Shown: positions 42,961-53,476 of the stretch, one piece after another
How the letters are laid out: each line of letters starts with the position of its first letter
Numbering within the stretch: the first letter of the stretch is position 1
Source: Macrostomum lignano
Taxonomy: Eukaryota
Direction: 5' to 3'
NCBI GenBank assembly: GCA_002269645.1
Contig: NIVC01002543.1
Coordinates: 99,290 to 163,289, forward strand
DNA length: 64,000 bases
Made by a program: the position numbers and the translations under genes
Notes under the pieces: generated by a model
The model's database searches: none
Seen by the model: only the letters and a program-made list of their open reading frames with translations
What the model was told of the DNA's origin: nothing

Positions 42961-43905
42961 CTAATTGTCAGGCATGCACACATGTGACTTGGGGGTTGGC
43001 CCTCATGGGTGTGAATCTAATTGTCAGGCATGCACACATGTGACTTGGGGGTTGGCCCTCATGGGTGTGATTCTAATTGTCAGGCATGCACACATGTGAC
43101 TTGGGGGTTGGCCCTCATGGGTGTGATTCTAATTGTCAGGCATGCACACATGTGACTTGGGGGTTGGCCCTCATGGGTGTGATTCTAATTGTCAGGCATG
43201 CACACATGTGACTTGGGGGTTGGCCCTCATGGGTGTGAATCTAATTGTCAGGCATGCACACATGTGACTTGGGGGTTGGCCCTCATGGGTGTGAATCTAA
43301 TTGTCAGGCATGCACACATGTGACTTGGGGGTTGGCTCTCATGGGTGTGATTCTAATTGTCAGGCATGCACACATGTGACTTGGGGGTTGGCCCTCATGG
43401 GTGTGAATCTAATTGTCAGGCATGCACACATGTGACTTGGGGGTTGGCCCTCATGGGTGTGATTCTAATTGTCAGGCATGCACACATGTGACTTGGGGGT
43501 TGGCCCTCATGGGTGTGAATCTAATTGTCAGGCATGCACACATGTGACTTGGGGGTTGGCCCTCATGGGTGTGAATCTAATTGTCAGGCATGCACACATG
43601 TGACTTGGGGGTTGGCCCTCATGGGTGTGAATCTAATTGTCAGGCATGCACACATGTGACTTGGGGGTTGGCCCTCATGGGTGTGATTCTAATTGTCAGG
43701 CATGCACACATGTGACTTGGGGGTTGGCCCTCATGGGTGTGAATCTAATTGTCAGGCATGCACACATGTGACTTGGGGGTTGGCCCTCATGGGTGTGAAT
43801 CTAATTGTCAGGCATGCACACATGTGACTTGGGGGTTGGCCCTCATGGGTGTGATTCTAATTGTCAGGCATGCACACATGTGACTTGGAGGTGGGCCCTC
43901 ATGGT
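42961..43905 (+). repeat. 56-bp minisatellite (CTAATTGTCAGGCATGCACACATGTGACTTGGGGGTTGGCCCTCATGGGTGTGA[A/T]T), ~17 copies
   Basis: Direct reading; nearly homogeneous. Confidence 0.97.
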
Positions 43906-44689
43906 CCCCATGGCCCCTGACACTACAGTACATGCACATGTACCAGGCAAAGAGAATATTCAATGCAATTAGCTGGGGTTTCCAATTTCAACGAAAGGCG
44001 AAAAGTTTCCGAGCGTAAAGTGAATAAGTTCGGCTCAAAGAGAAATTCGCCAAGCAAAGACAGGCAGAATAAGAAGCACTTTATCAACAAGGCAAGAAAA
44101 CGCACCTGTCAATCAAGTGTTAGCTACTGGCATCGCTCCCAAAGCACTTCAAATCCTGGGGTAGCTACTTATTTCTTTTCTCTGGGAGCTGCTGGGAAGT
44201 TGCAGCTGGGCTCCACTATGCATGAATAGCGAACTGCACTCGCCTAATTGTCACCTGCTAGTAAAAATGCTTTGACTACCGCGGAAGCTGTGACAGCTCT
44301 GCATTGTAGGCTGGTGTCAGCCGGATCTCTGCCTGCCAAGCCTGCGCTGTGTCTCTCAGCCTCTCTCCGACCTTCATCATTATCTATGATATGCATCCCG
44401 CCAATCCGATGTGGCTGCAATAGTTGTTGGAGTTATAGGTGGGTTTCTGTGAATCCGATGCAGCTGAGATCTAAAACAGTTTTATCTGAGTAATTGAACT
44501 CAACCGATAAGGCCCAGCTAGTGCCTCGCTAGTTCCTGTGTGTGTTATCACAAATATATAATTCATATCTTTATATTATAGCGCACAAACGGCTTTGCTC
44601 AGACTTCATTTATGGAAGGTTACTATCAATCCATTTATAGAAGCTGGGGTCCCATTGGTGCAGGATATTTGACATGAATTTCCTCATTA

Positions 44690-45440
44690 GCTAGGTAGAG
44701 AGGTGTATCTCATTAACTACAGGTAGAGAGGTGACGCCTCATGAACTACAGGTAGAGAGGTGACGCCTCATTAACTACAGGTAGAGAGGTGACGCCTCAT
44801 GAACTACGGGTAGAGAGGTGAGCCTCATTAACTACAGGTAGAGAGGTGACGCCTCATGAACTACGGGTAGAGAGGTGAGCCTCATTAACTACAGGTGGAG
44901 AGGTGACGCCTCATTAGCTACAGGTAGAGAGGTGAGCCTCATTAACTACAGGTAGAGAGGTGACGCCTCATTAACTACAGGTAGAGAGGTGAGCCTCATT
45001 AACTACAGGTAGAGAGGTGACGCCTCATGAACTACGGGTAGAGAGGTGAGCCTCATTAACTACAGGTGGAGAGGTGACGCCTCATTAGCTACAGGTAGAG
45101 AGGTGAGCCTCATTAACTACAGGTAGAGAGGTGACGCCTCATTAACTACAGGTAGAGAGGTGAGCCTCATTAACTACAGGTAGAGAGGTGAGCCTCATTA
45201 ACTACAGGTAGAGAGGTGACGCCTCATGAACTACGGGTAGAGAGGTGAGCCTCATTAACTACAGGTGGAGAGGTGAGCCTCATTAACTACAGGTAGAGAG
45301 GTGAGCCTCATTAACTACAGGTAGAGAGGTGACGCCTCATTAACTACAGGTGGAGAGGTGACGCCTCATTAACTACATGTAGAGAGGTGACGCCTCATTA
45401 ACTACAGGTAGAGAGGTGAGCCTCATTAACTACAGGTAAG
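44690..45440 (+). repeat. 28/29-bp minisatellite (CTACAGGTAGAGAGGTGA[C]GCCTCATTAA), ~26 copies
   Basis: Direct reading. Confidence 0.96.
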
Positions 45441-45464
45441 AGGTAGTTCTAGTCAATCTCCAGG

Positions 45465-45745
45465 TAAAGAGATGATCGCCTCCTCAATCATTAGGTACAT
45501 GAAGAGGGTGGCCTCCTCAATGATGAGGTTCATGAAGAGGGTGGCCTTCTCAATCATCAGGTACATGAAGAGGGTGGCCTCCTCAATCATCAGGTACATG
45601 AAGAGGGTGGCCTCCTCAATGATGAGGTTCATGAAGAGGGTGGCCTTCTCAATCATCAGGTACATGAAGAGGGTGGCCTCCTCAATGATGAGGTTCATGA
45701 AGAGGGTGGCCTTCTCAATCATCAGGTACATGTAGAGAGGTGGCC
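45465..45745 (+). repeat. 33-bp minisatellite (TCAGGTACATGAAGAGGGTGGCCTCCTCAATCA), ~8 copies
   Basis: Direct reading. Confidence 0.93.
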
Positions 45746-46127
45746 CTCTGAATCACTTATTCAATGCGGGTGGCAGGGATGGTGGACACATTGACGCTAA
45801 GAGATGTAGATAAGATGTCTTAATTGCAGTTATATGAAGAGTCGGCAGAGCCCCAGAAAACCAATAAACCCTATAATTAAAAGGATAAAACGTTTGCAGT
45901 TTAGCACAGCTACTCGTTCAGTCTTAAGTTCAGGACTAAAATTGAAGATGAAACTACCCTAGCAAGCTGGTTTGCACAGTTGACACGAAAGGCATGAGAC
46001 ATTTTGTGACGAAAAAAGCCGACAATTGAGAGCTACACGGGTACAGACAATGGGCCTAGTGCTCAGATCCCATAGTCAAACAAGGTATTCGTATTCACTG
46101 TTGCCAAAGCTTCTCAAGGGCCTATCT

Positions 46128-46263
46128 TGTTTAGCAGCTCTGGATTGTCTCATATTGGCATGCCATGAAGCATTCCAGAAATGGAGGACCCTCCATGTTT
46201 AGCAGCTCTGGATTGTCTCATATTGGCATGCCATGAAGCATTCCAGAAATGGAGGACCCTCCA
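46128..46263 (+). repeat. Perfect 68-bp tandem duplication
   Basis: TGTTTAGCAGCTCTGG...GGAGGACCCTCCA starts at 46128 and again at 46196. Confidence 0.92.
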
Positions 46264-46711
46264 TACATGAATTTGGCATTATTTGCAGTCATTTCTGTTC
46301 CGGCTGTCAGCCGCTTCGTCAAGTTGGCTGTGGCTGTATAGAAGAAGCTTAGAAGTAAACAGCTGCTTGACAGCGGTATGTACTGGTATCATTGTAATAG
46401 ATAAAATTTTCCAGGTTTCCCAGCTTCCCCGAATCGGTCGAAAAAGGTTTTTGTCAGATGTTGGATGGTTTGAAACTTTTTGAATGTGTCAAATTGGCAT
46501 ATTTGAGTCCCGAGAGTGTACGTATGAATATACGAGATTTAATTAGGCTACGCTCGTAATCCATCAGACAAGACAAAGATAAACAAACCGCGTTTGAAAG
46601 GCTGTTTGACTGTATCACTAACTGAGTTAGCTGAATCACTGAATCCAAATCTCTGAGGATGTGCGGCATGGCAGCAGCGTTCTCGTGCAAGCATCAGGAT
46701 CTGGTTGTCAG

Positions 46712-47640
46712 GCTCCTCGTGTCAGTCTTTAGTATCAGGCTCTCGTGTCAGTCTTTAGTATCAGGCTCTCGTGTCAGTCTTTAGTATCGGGCTCTCGTGT
46801 CAGTCTTTAGTATCGGGCTCTCGTGTCAGTCTTTAGTATCAGGCTCTCGTGTCAGTCTTTAGTATCAGGCTCTCGTGTCAGTCTTTAGTATCGGGCTCTC
46901 GTGTCAGTCTTTAGTATCAGGCTCTCGTGTCAGTCTTTAGTATCAGGCTCTCGTGTCAGTCTTTAGTATCAGGCTCTCGTGTCAGTCTTTAGTATCAGGC
47001 TCTCGTGTCAGTCTTTAGTATCAGGCTCTCGTGTCAGTCTTTAGTATCGGGCTCTCGTGTCAGTCTTTAGTATCGGGCTCTCGTGTCAGTCTTTAGTATC
47101 AGGCTCCTCGTGTCAGTCTTTAGTATCAGGCTCCTCGTGTCAGTCTTTAGTATCTGGCTCCTCGTGTCATTCTTTAGTATCGGGCTCTCGTGTCAGTCTT
47201 TAGTATCAGGCTCTCGTGTCAGTCTTTAGTATCTGGCTCTCGTGTCAGTCTTTAGTATCGGGCTCTCGTGTCAGTCTTTAGTATCAGGCTCCTCGTATCA
47301 GTCTTTAGTATCTGGCTCTCGTGTCAGTCTTTAGTATCTGGCTCTCGTGTCAGTCTTTAGTATCGGGCTCTCGTGTCAGTCTTTAGTATCGGGCTCTCGT
47401 GTCAGTCTTTAGTATCGGGCTCTCGTGTCAGTCTTTAGTATCAGGCTCTCGTGTCAGTCTTTAGTATCGGGCTCTCGTGTCAGTCTTTAGTATCAGGCTC
47501 CTCGTGTCAGTCTTTAGTATCAGGCTCCTCGTGTCAGTCTTTAGTATCAGGCTCCTCGTGTCAGTCTTTAGTATCGGGCTCTCGTGTCAGTCTTTAGTAT
47601 CAGGCTCCTCGTGTCAGTCTTTAGTATCAGGCTGTCGTGT
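46712..47640 (+). repeat. 26/27-bp minisatellite (GTCAGTCTTTAGTATCAGGCTCTCGT), ~35 copies
   Basis: Direct reading; degenerate copies continue to about 47710. Confidence 0.96.
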
Positions 47641-48187
47641 CATGCTCTCGTGTCAGGCTCTTGTGTCAGACACTCGTATCAGGATCTAGTGTTATGCTCT
47701 CGTGTCAGGCACTTGTCCCTGGCCAATGCAACAACTGGCGCAATGATCTAGAAGACTAAACAAAGATACCGTCGTTGGATGCTTTGTACAACACTTCCAT
47801 TACTCTGATGCTGAGATGCGAACTCTCATTAACAGACTGACGCGAGAATACGAGAAAATATAGCTATTTTTTCTCGTCATAGAGACAGCTAGGTGATGTG
47901 CCAATGTTTTTCGACTTCGCTGAGTACGAATATTCGGGTTAATTAAGGTGCTGAGACGAAGCTGCGGGGGATTAGGGGCTGAAATGACAGTGTGTATAGA
48001 CAGACGTCATCAAATGCAGATTTTGACATCGCAAAGGTTAAATTAATTTTGTGTACTCACAAGACACGGATGTTTTTCTGCTTTCAAGGTAACAGCATGT
48101 ATATGTCTAATTTATATTCGTATCTATCTATACAGGAGTATGCTCAGGTTCACCGAAATTCAGACATTTATCCCGATAGACAAAGTG

Positions 48188-48335
48188 GGTCGTAGCCTAG
48201 TAGTCTAGCGCGGAGCTCTTATGTACCAACGGCCCAAACTCGATTCCAAGTGCAGTCACATTTATTTGGATCTGCTCGCGCAATTACGAGCTAATGCCCT
48301 TGAAGACCAGTGAAGTTTACGTGCCTATCGATAAA
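48188..48335 (+). mobile_element. tRNA-derived SINE-like element, family 2, copy b
   Basis: GTAGCCTAGTAGTCTAGCGCGG...CTCGATTCCAAGTGCAGTCACA...TCTGCTCGCGCAATT...CAGTGAAGT, colinear with 41060-41215. Confidence 0.7.
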
Positions 48336-49653
48336 TAAAGTTAGGGCCGCTGTACACTCCTGTGTGAGTGTGTGCCTGTGTCTATTCCAGTTGACGGAGT
48401 CCTGAAAGACACTAACAAAATTGTAAATTCTCTTTAAGCTGAACTCTAAAAATATCACACACGATGTACTGATGGCCATTTAAAGCCATCGCTTTTTAAT
48501 AAGAAATTCAGTAAACACATATTGCATGCAAAGCTTGTGAGCTAAAGTGCAGCTCCTCCTCTGAAGCATGCTTGAGCATTGCTCAGATGGGTTGTATTGA
48601 AAGGATTTCAACGTGGGTGGGGATCATAAAGCGAAACAGTGAGAATCGAAAGCCCCTATTTAGAGCACAGCTTCGGGTAAATCTCCAGCGCGTCAGTCGA
48701 ATTTCTATTTGACACCCGAAAGGTGATGCCGAGCTGCCAGCCTTGAATGCTGCGACAGCGAGCTGAGCACCGGGTCATTAATTTCTGCTTTTCAAACAAG
48801 GCATTTCTTGCATACCTGCCGCAGTCGAGCGGCTCATTATCCGCAGGAGGCTGGAACGCAGGAGATGGTGATCCAATTAATGAGAGTGACAATTAAGCAG
48901 AATTTCAGTTTTGCTGCATGAATAAGTTAATGACAGAATAAGCATGCAACTAATGAATAAAATATGCAGTAATAGCATAACTAACAGGACTGCGGACATG
49001 AACGTCAAGCATTTTCTAGCTGGGAAATCTTTTTTTGATTCTAAGAAGATTAAAAAGTCTCGATTCTATTAGGCATTGCATCTGTGCAACATTTTGCAGC
49101 AAAGTCCGACATCTAAGCCAAGGCCTAGGGCAATAGCGGCACAAGTGCGCCCTTGGGCTCTAAGGAGCGTGACTCTGTCACACTTCGATCGAGCTAATAT
49201 GAGCTCAGCGCAGTAAAGTATGAGAGACTACGACGGCAAGGCAAAGCAAAGCAAACACCAGATAATGCTCGACCCTCAACTGGTATCTGAGGGCCTTCAG
49301 AACACTTCGTTGAGCAACAGGCCTGTCCCATTTAGACTCGCCAACCAATAGAATCTCAGCTGCGACTGCACCCATAGCGCCATTGGTCCAGTCCGTGGGC
49401 CTCAGCTGTTTGGGAGTGTCGGGCACAACTGCAGCAGCATGAGACCCTCCGCATCTCCCTCTCTCTCCTCTCCTCCTGTGTTGACAAATCGCAGAGGTAA
49501 CGGCTGAGAGCGCGGCGAAGATATAGAGAGACACTTGCAAAGGCGAAAGGACGCAGAACTCTATCAACCAAGACTGGCACAGGATACACGCACTGTTTAA
49601 ATACCGTTCGATACCAAATTGTCGCCATACAAAAGCAACCGTCGTCTCTAGCC

Positions 49654-50907
49654 ATGCAGCCGGACGCTAACACCAGCGAGTGCGTGGGACAACTGCTTGA
49701 CAGGTACAATGGCAGCATGACGGATATGCACATGCAACTGATACCCTACGCTGTGTACACTAGCCGGGCCTTGATCCCTATATGGGTTATTATCGGGGTG
49801 CCGGGGGCGGTGCTCAGCTTCCTGGTTTGGAGCAGCCGGCGCATGCGTTCCTCATCCAGCGTGTACCTGTGCGCCCTGGCCATCCTGGACTGTGCCTTCC
49901 TGCTGCTGGTGCAATTCCCCTACTACCTGTACATGCACTTCGAAGTTAAAATCCTTCGACCGGGCACGTGTCACGCATTCCCAGCTATCAACATGTGGTT
50001 GCAGTACCTGTCCCCGCTGCTCACTCTCGGCTTTACCATCGAGCGCTACATTAGCATTTGCCATCCGTTCAAACGGGACCGGCTGTGCACCGTGCGGCGA
50101 GCTTTGATTGTCACCGGCTGCATGACCGCCAGCTGCCTAGCGATGGGTCTGGTGCAGGTGAACTTCTATCAATACAGCGAGGACGGCTGCTCGGAAGATC
50201 CGCGCATATTCGACCCGACCTCGCTGCAGAGCCGGGTGTACAACGGCTGGACGAAGTCCACCGAAGTGATCTTCTTCGCCGTGGTGCCTCTGTCCATCCT
50301 GTTGTTCAACACCCTCGTGCTGATCCAGGCTCGCCGGGTCATGGAGAAACAGGTTGGCGGCAGCCGTCAGAGCAAGGGCAAGTCGGCCGCCACCACTGTG
50401 ACCCTGCTGACGGTGTCGTTCTACCAGATTGGCGCCGTGCTCCCCGTCACCATTCTGCTGTTTGTCGGCATCCACGTTTACAGCAGCAACCTGAGCGTGC
50501 CATGCGACCAGCCGGACTCTCAGCTGATCCAGCTGCCCAACATCCGGCTGTTTGTAACCTACCTGGCTGTCAACAAGATCGTGGAGAGCCTGTCGGTTAG
50601 TCACTACGCCATGAAATTCTTCATCTACCTGTTGACTGGCAGCATGTTCCGGACTCAGCTGCTGGTCTTGCTCAGCTCCTGCCTGCCCTGCCTGGCCGGC
50701 CTGAGAGGGGGCGCAGAGAGCAACACCGCGGAGCTCCAGCTGCCGGTACACCGCACCTCGGAGGAGCGGCGGCGATGGCGTCGGAGGCAGACTGGCGGTG
50801 ACGCCATCAACGAAGACGGCGACGAGGAGGCATCCAGTCAGCTGGCGCTCATGGCCGGCCCGCCGCTGGGCACAGGCAATGGTGAAATCATATCTCAGCA
50901 TGCATGA
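49654..50907 (+). CDS. Intronless class A (rhodopsin-like) peptide GPCR, FMRFamide/sex-peptide-receptor-like, 417 aa
   Basis: Seven hydrophobic segments. SSVYLCALAILD (TM2), FTIERYISICHPF (TM3 ERY), VVPLSILLFN (TM5), TTVTLLTVS (TM6), FFIYLLTGSMFR (TM7/H8). N-glycosylation sequons in the N-terminus. Confidence 0.93.
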   Translation: MQPDANTSECVGQLLDRYNGSMTDMHMQLIPYAVYTSRALIPIWVIIGVPGAVLSFLVWSSRRMRSSSSVYLCALAILDCAFLLLVQFPYYLYMHFEVKILRPGTCHAFPAINMWLQYLSPLLTLGFTIERYISICHPFKRDRLCTVRRALIVTGCMTASCLAMGLVQVNFYQYSEDGCSEDPRIFDPTSLQSRVYNGWTKSTEVIFFAVVPLSILLFNTLVLIQARRVMEKQVGGSRQSKGKSAATTVTLLTVSFYQIGAVLPVTILLFVGIHVYSSNLSVPCDQPDSQLIQLPNIRLFVTYLAVNKIVESLSVSHYAMKFFIYLLTGSMFRTQLLVLLSSCLPCLAGLRGGAESNTAELQLPVHRTSEERRRWRRRQTGGDAINEDGDEEASSQLALMAGPPLGTGNGEIISQHA

Positions 50908-52109
50908 GGCCGGTTATTAGCAAAGGTCACAAAGTGCAGGTGGCCAGTTTGCAGCCAGAAATTTTAATTCCTCTAACAAGAACAAAACCACTTGCTTCGT
51001 GAATAATTGTTGTTTTTGTTGTTGCTGTTGTTGTTGTAAAAGAGCTAGATGCATTGTTTCTTTAGAATTTCACACAACAAGCGCACGATTTGAGGGTGAG
51101 GGCGAGACGCTGTCGCGCTCATGCGCACGAACCATGTCCAGCTTCACTGTCTCCATTCTCCGACTAAACCACAGCTGATATTGAGCTGGAAAATTGTACT
51201 GAATTCTGCTTGCCCCGAGCCCAAGACTGACGCACACTATAGATAATCATTGATTTCATAGTAGGTGCACCTAAAGTTGTAGATATGAGACCAAAATACA
51301 CCTCTTTCTGTAGTTCAAAGTTAAACATATTTGTTATACTGGCTTTGTATCTTTGTTTGGTTACAGTGACTCTCAAACACTGACAATTCTTTCGCTTACA
51401 ATACTCCATGACTGCTTTGTCTTGGATTGCTTTATGAAACGAAGCAACCGGAGCACCTGGGGGAGGGGCAGTCAGTAAATGCGGTTTATTCATTACTATC
51501 ATGCAGATAGTCTGTACTGCGAACCATTGAAGCATGGAATCATGAAATTCAAGGTAAGGGGATACAGGGGTGACAGTTTCTTTTTCCTTTGAATTTCGCG
51601 CTAGACAGGTGGAGTGAACGGGGAAAGACGCCAGTCCCTTGAATTCTTCACTAGACAGGTGGAGTGAACGGGGAAAATTTCCAGTCCTCAAATGTTTTCT
51701 TCTCAATAAAAGCCCATATTGAAAGTGAGATTCTCCAGAGAAAAGGGGGATTAAAACTTCCGTAGCTGCCCATGGGCATCAGGTTTCTCGGAATTCCTCC
51801 AGCCACCCCAAGCAGTCAAACGATGAAGGAAAGAATTTGGCATTGCTACATGTTGGGCTCCGAAGTTAGCCGTCAATAATATGAATTGCTGGCTTAGAAA
51901 AGTTAAACAAATGGGAATGAATCAATACTGTCAATAGCGATTGCGACTCAATGCTGCTTACTAGCTCTGTGTAAAGTGACTTCGGTAAGGCTGCCGCATC
52001 TCAGATTCCATCTGCTTGATTCCAATGTCACACTCTTAAGCATTTCTACGAGTGTTTGATTCCAATGTCTCTGCAGTCCTGAGTCGATCTGTTCGATACA
52101 ATGTCCAAT

Positions 52110-52250
52110 GTCCCGATGTCCGATGCCTCAACGTTCAAATGTCCCAATATCCCAATTTCCAATGTCCCAAAGTCGAATGTCCCAACGTCCAATATCCAAA
52201 TATCCCAATGTTCAATGTCCCTAGGTCCCAATTTCCAATATTCCAATGTC
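52110..52250 (+). repeat. Degenerate short-period repeat built on (T)CCAATGT(C/T)C
   Basis: Repeated CCAATGTCC, CCAATATCC and CCAATTTCC words. Confidence 0.7.
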
Positions 52251-53289
52251 CAATAACCAGTGGGTTGACTGACGGCTGTTAATTCTCAGATTGCAGTAGT
52301 TTTTGTGCAGCAGATGTTTCCCAGAATCACATCGGTGGGTGAAAATTGGTTCAATATAAAAACTGTCTTCAGCATTGTAAATGATAAGAGCTCGCATTGA
52401 GCTCTAGATCGGTTACATTTGCCGGCACTGTAATGCGACAGAGGCAACTAGGCGGATTAATGCAGCTACTATCGAAGTGAGGCAGAACTGTCCCAATATG
52501 ATGATTAAATTACAAGCTGTTTCAGAACGGCTATGATAAAATCTAATTGAATTGTTAATATTGTTTTATAAATTACACTAATCGCTTTAATTAATAGACA
52601 GGAACGCAACAGACTAAACTCTTATAGGGTACGAATCTGTAAATGCATGCTTCTATCCACAATTATCAGTTCGGGATACTAGTATGCCTAATATTAACTG
52701 TATCAAATTTCAACCAGCTTGAAAAGATAAAGTTGCTTGTAAAACAATTCTGCCGCAAATTCTCTTTGATGTCTGGATGATAAAAATGCAAGAATGCGAA
52801 TCCAAGTTATCTAACGTTTAGCTGCGGCGGCATATGCAGCCAGATGCCCAGACGTAGAGCTCCACCAAGGCGCTGACTCCTGATATTGATTCCAGCAGTT
52901 GCTCCCCGCTAATGTACATTTACCCCAATGTACAACTTTGATCAAGTGACTTATTTTCCTACCCTTATTATCGATCTAGCTTTCCTTTTCTTTGCATTAG
53001 CGGGAATTAAGTGTGAATTAATGACATCCGTGCTGGACAAAATAATACATGTACATAAATGATTATCCGGTGTACAATAATGTACTTGCTTAGTATGCAC
53101 TGTATGTACATGTATCCTATAGTTTGTAGAATGTATGTTTAAAGACAGTTGAATAATTGCAAAAAGCTACCATTGCCGGTATGTCTGGGAAAAAATTATA
53201 ATGCAATGCCTTCGGCGACATCTTGACCCACAACACAACAGTGCAGAAGCAATTCCACTCATTCCACTGACTTCTGAGCACACCCACCA

Positions 53290-53476
53290 CACGTTCTCAA
53301 AGTCAGGCATGTACACTCTCTGCGCCTTGGGGGTTGGCCCTCATGAGTGCGAATCGCTCGACAACCCCTGTTCAAATCTTTGTGCACAAGCCCGGTTGAA
53401 ATGAATGCGGCCGCGCTCGGAATCGAACGTATGGCTAAGAGTCCAAGACGTGTTTACCACTGAGCTGCTATGCCCC
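53290..53476 (-). mobile_element. tRNA-headed SINE-like element, family 3
   Basis: Minus-strand GGGGCATAGCAGCTCAGTGGTAAA (A box) ... GTTCGATTCCGAG (B box), followed by a body matching the 56-bp satellite monomer. It is a single copy in the window, so the 3' boundary is uncertain. Confidence 0.55.

Noticed and set aside
50058-50901. Overlapping or antisense ORFs in the GPCR, and similar ones over FAM184, DEG/ENaC, TEX52 and INCENP
   Set aside because: Shadow ORFs expected from high GC3 codon bias; no recognisable domains.
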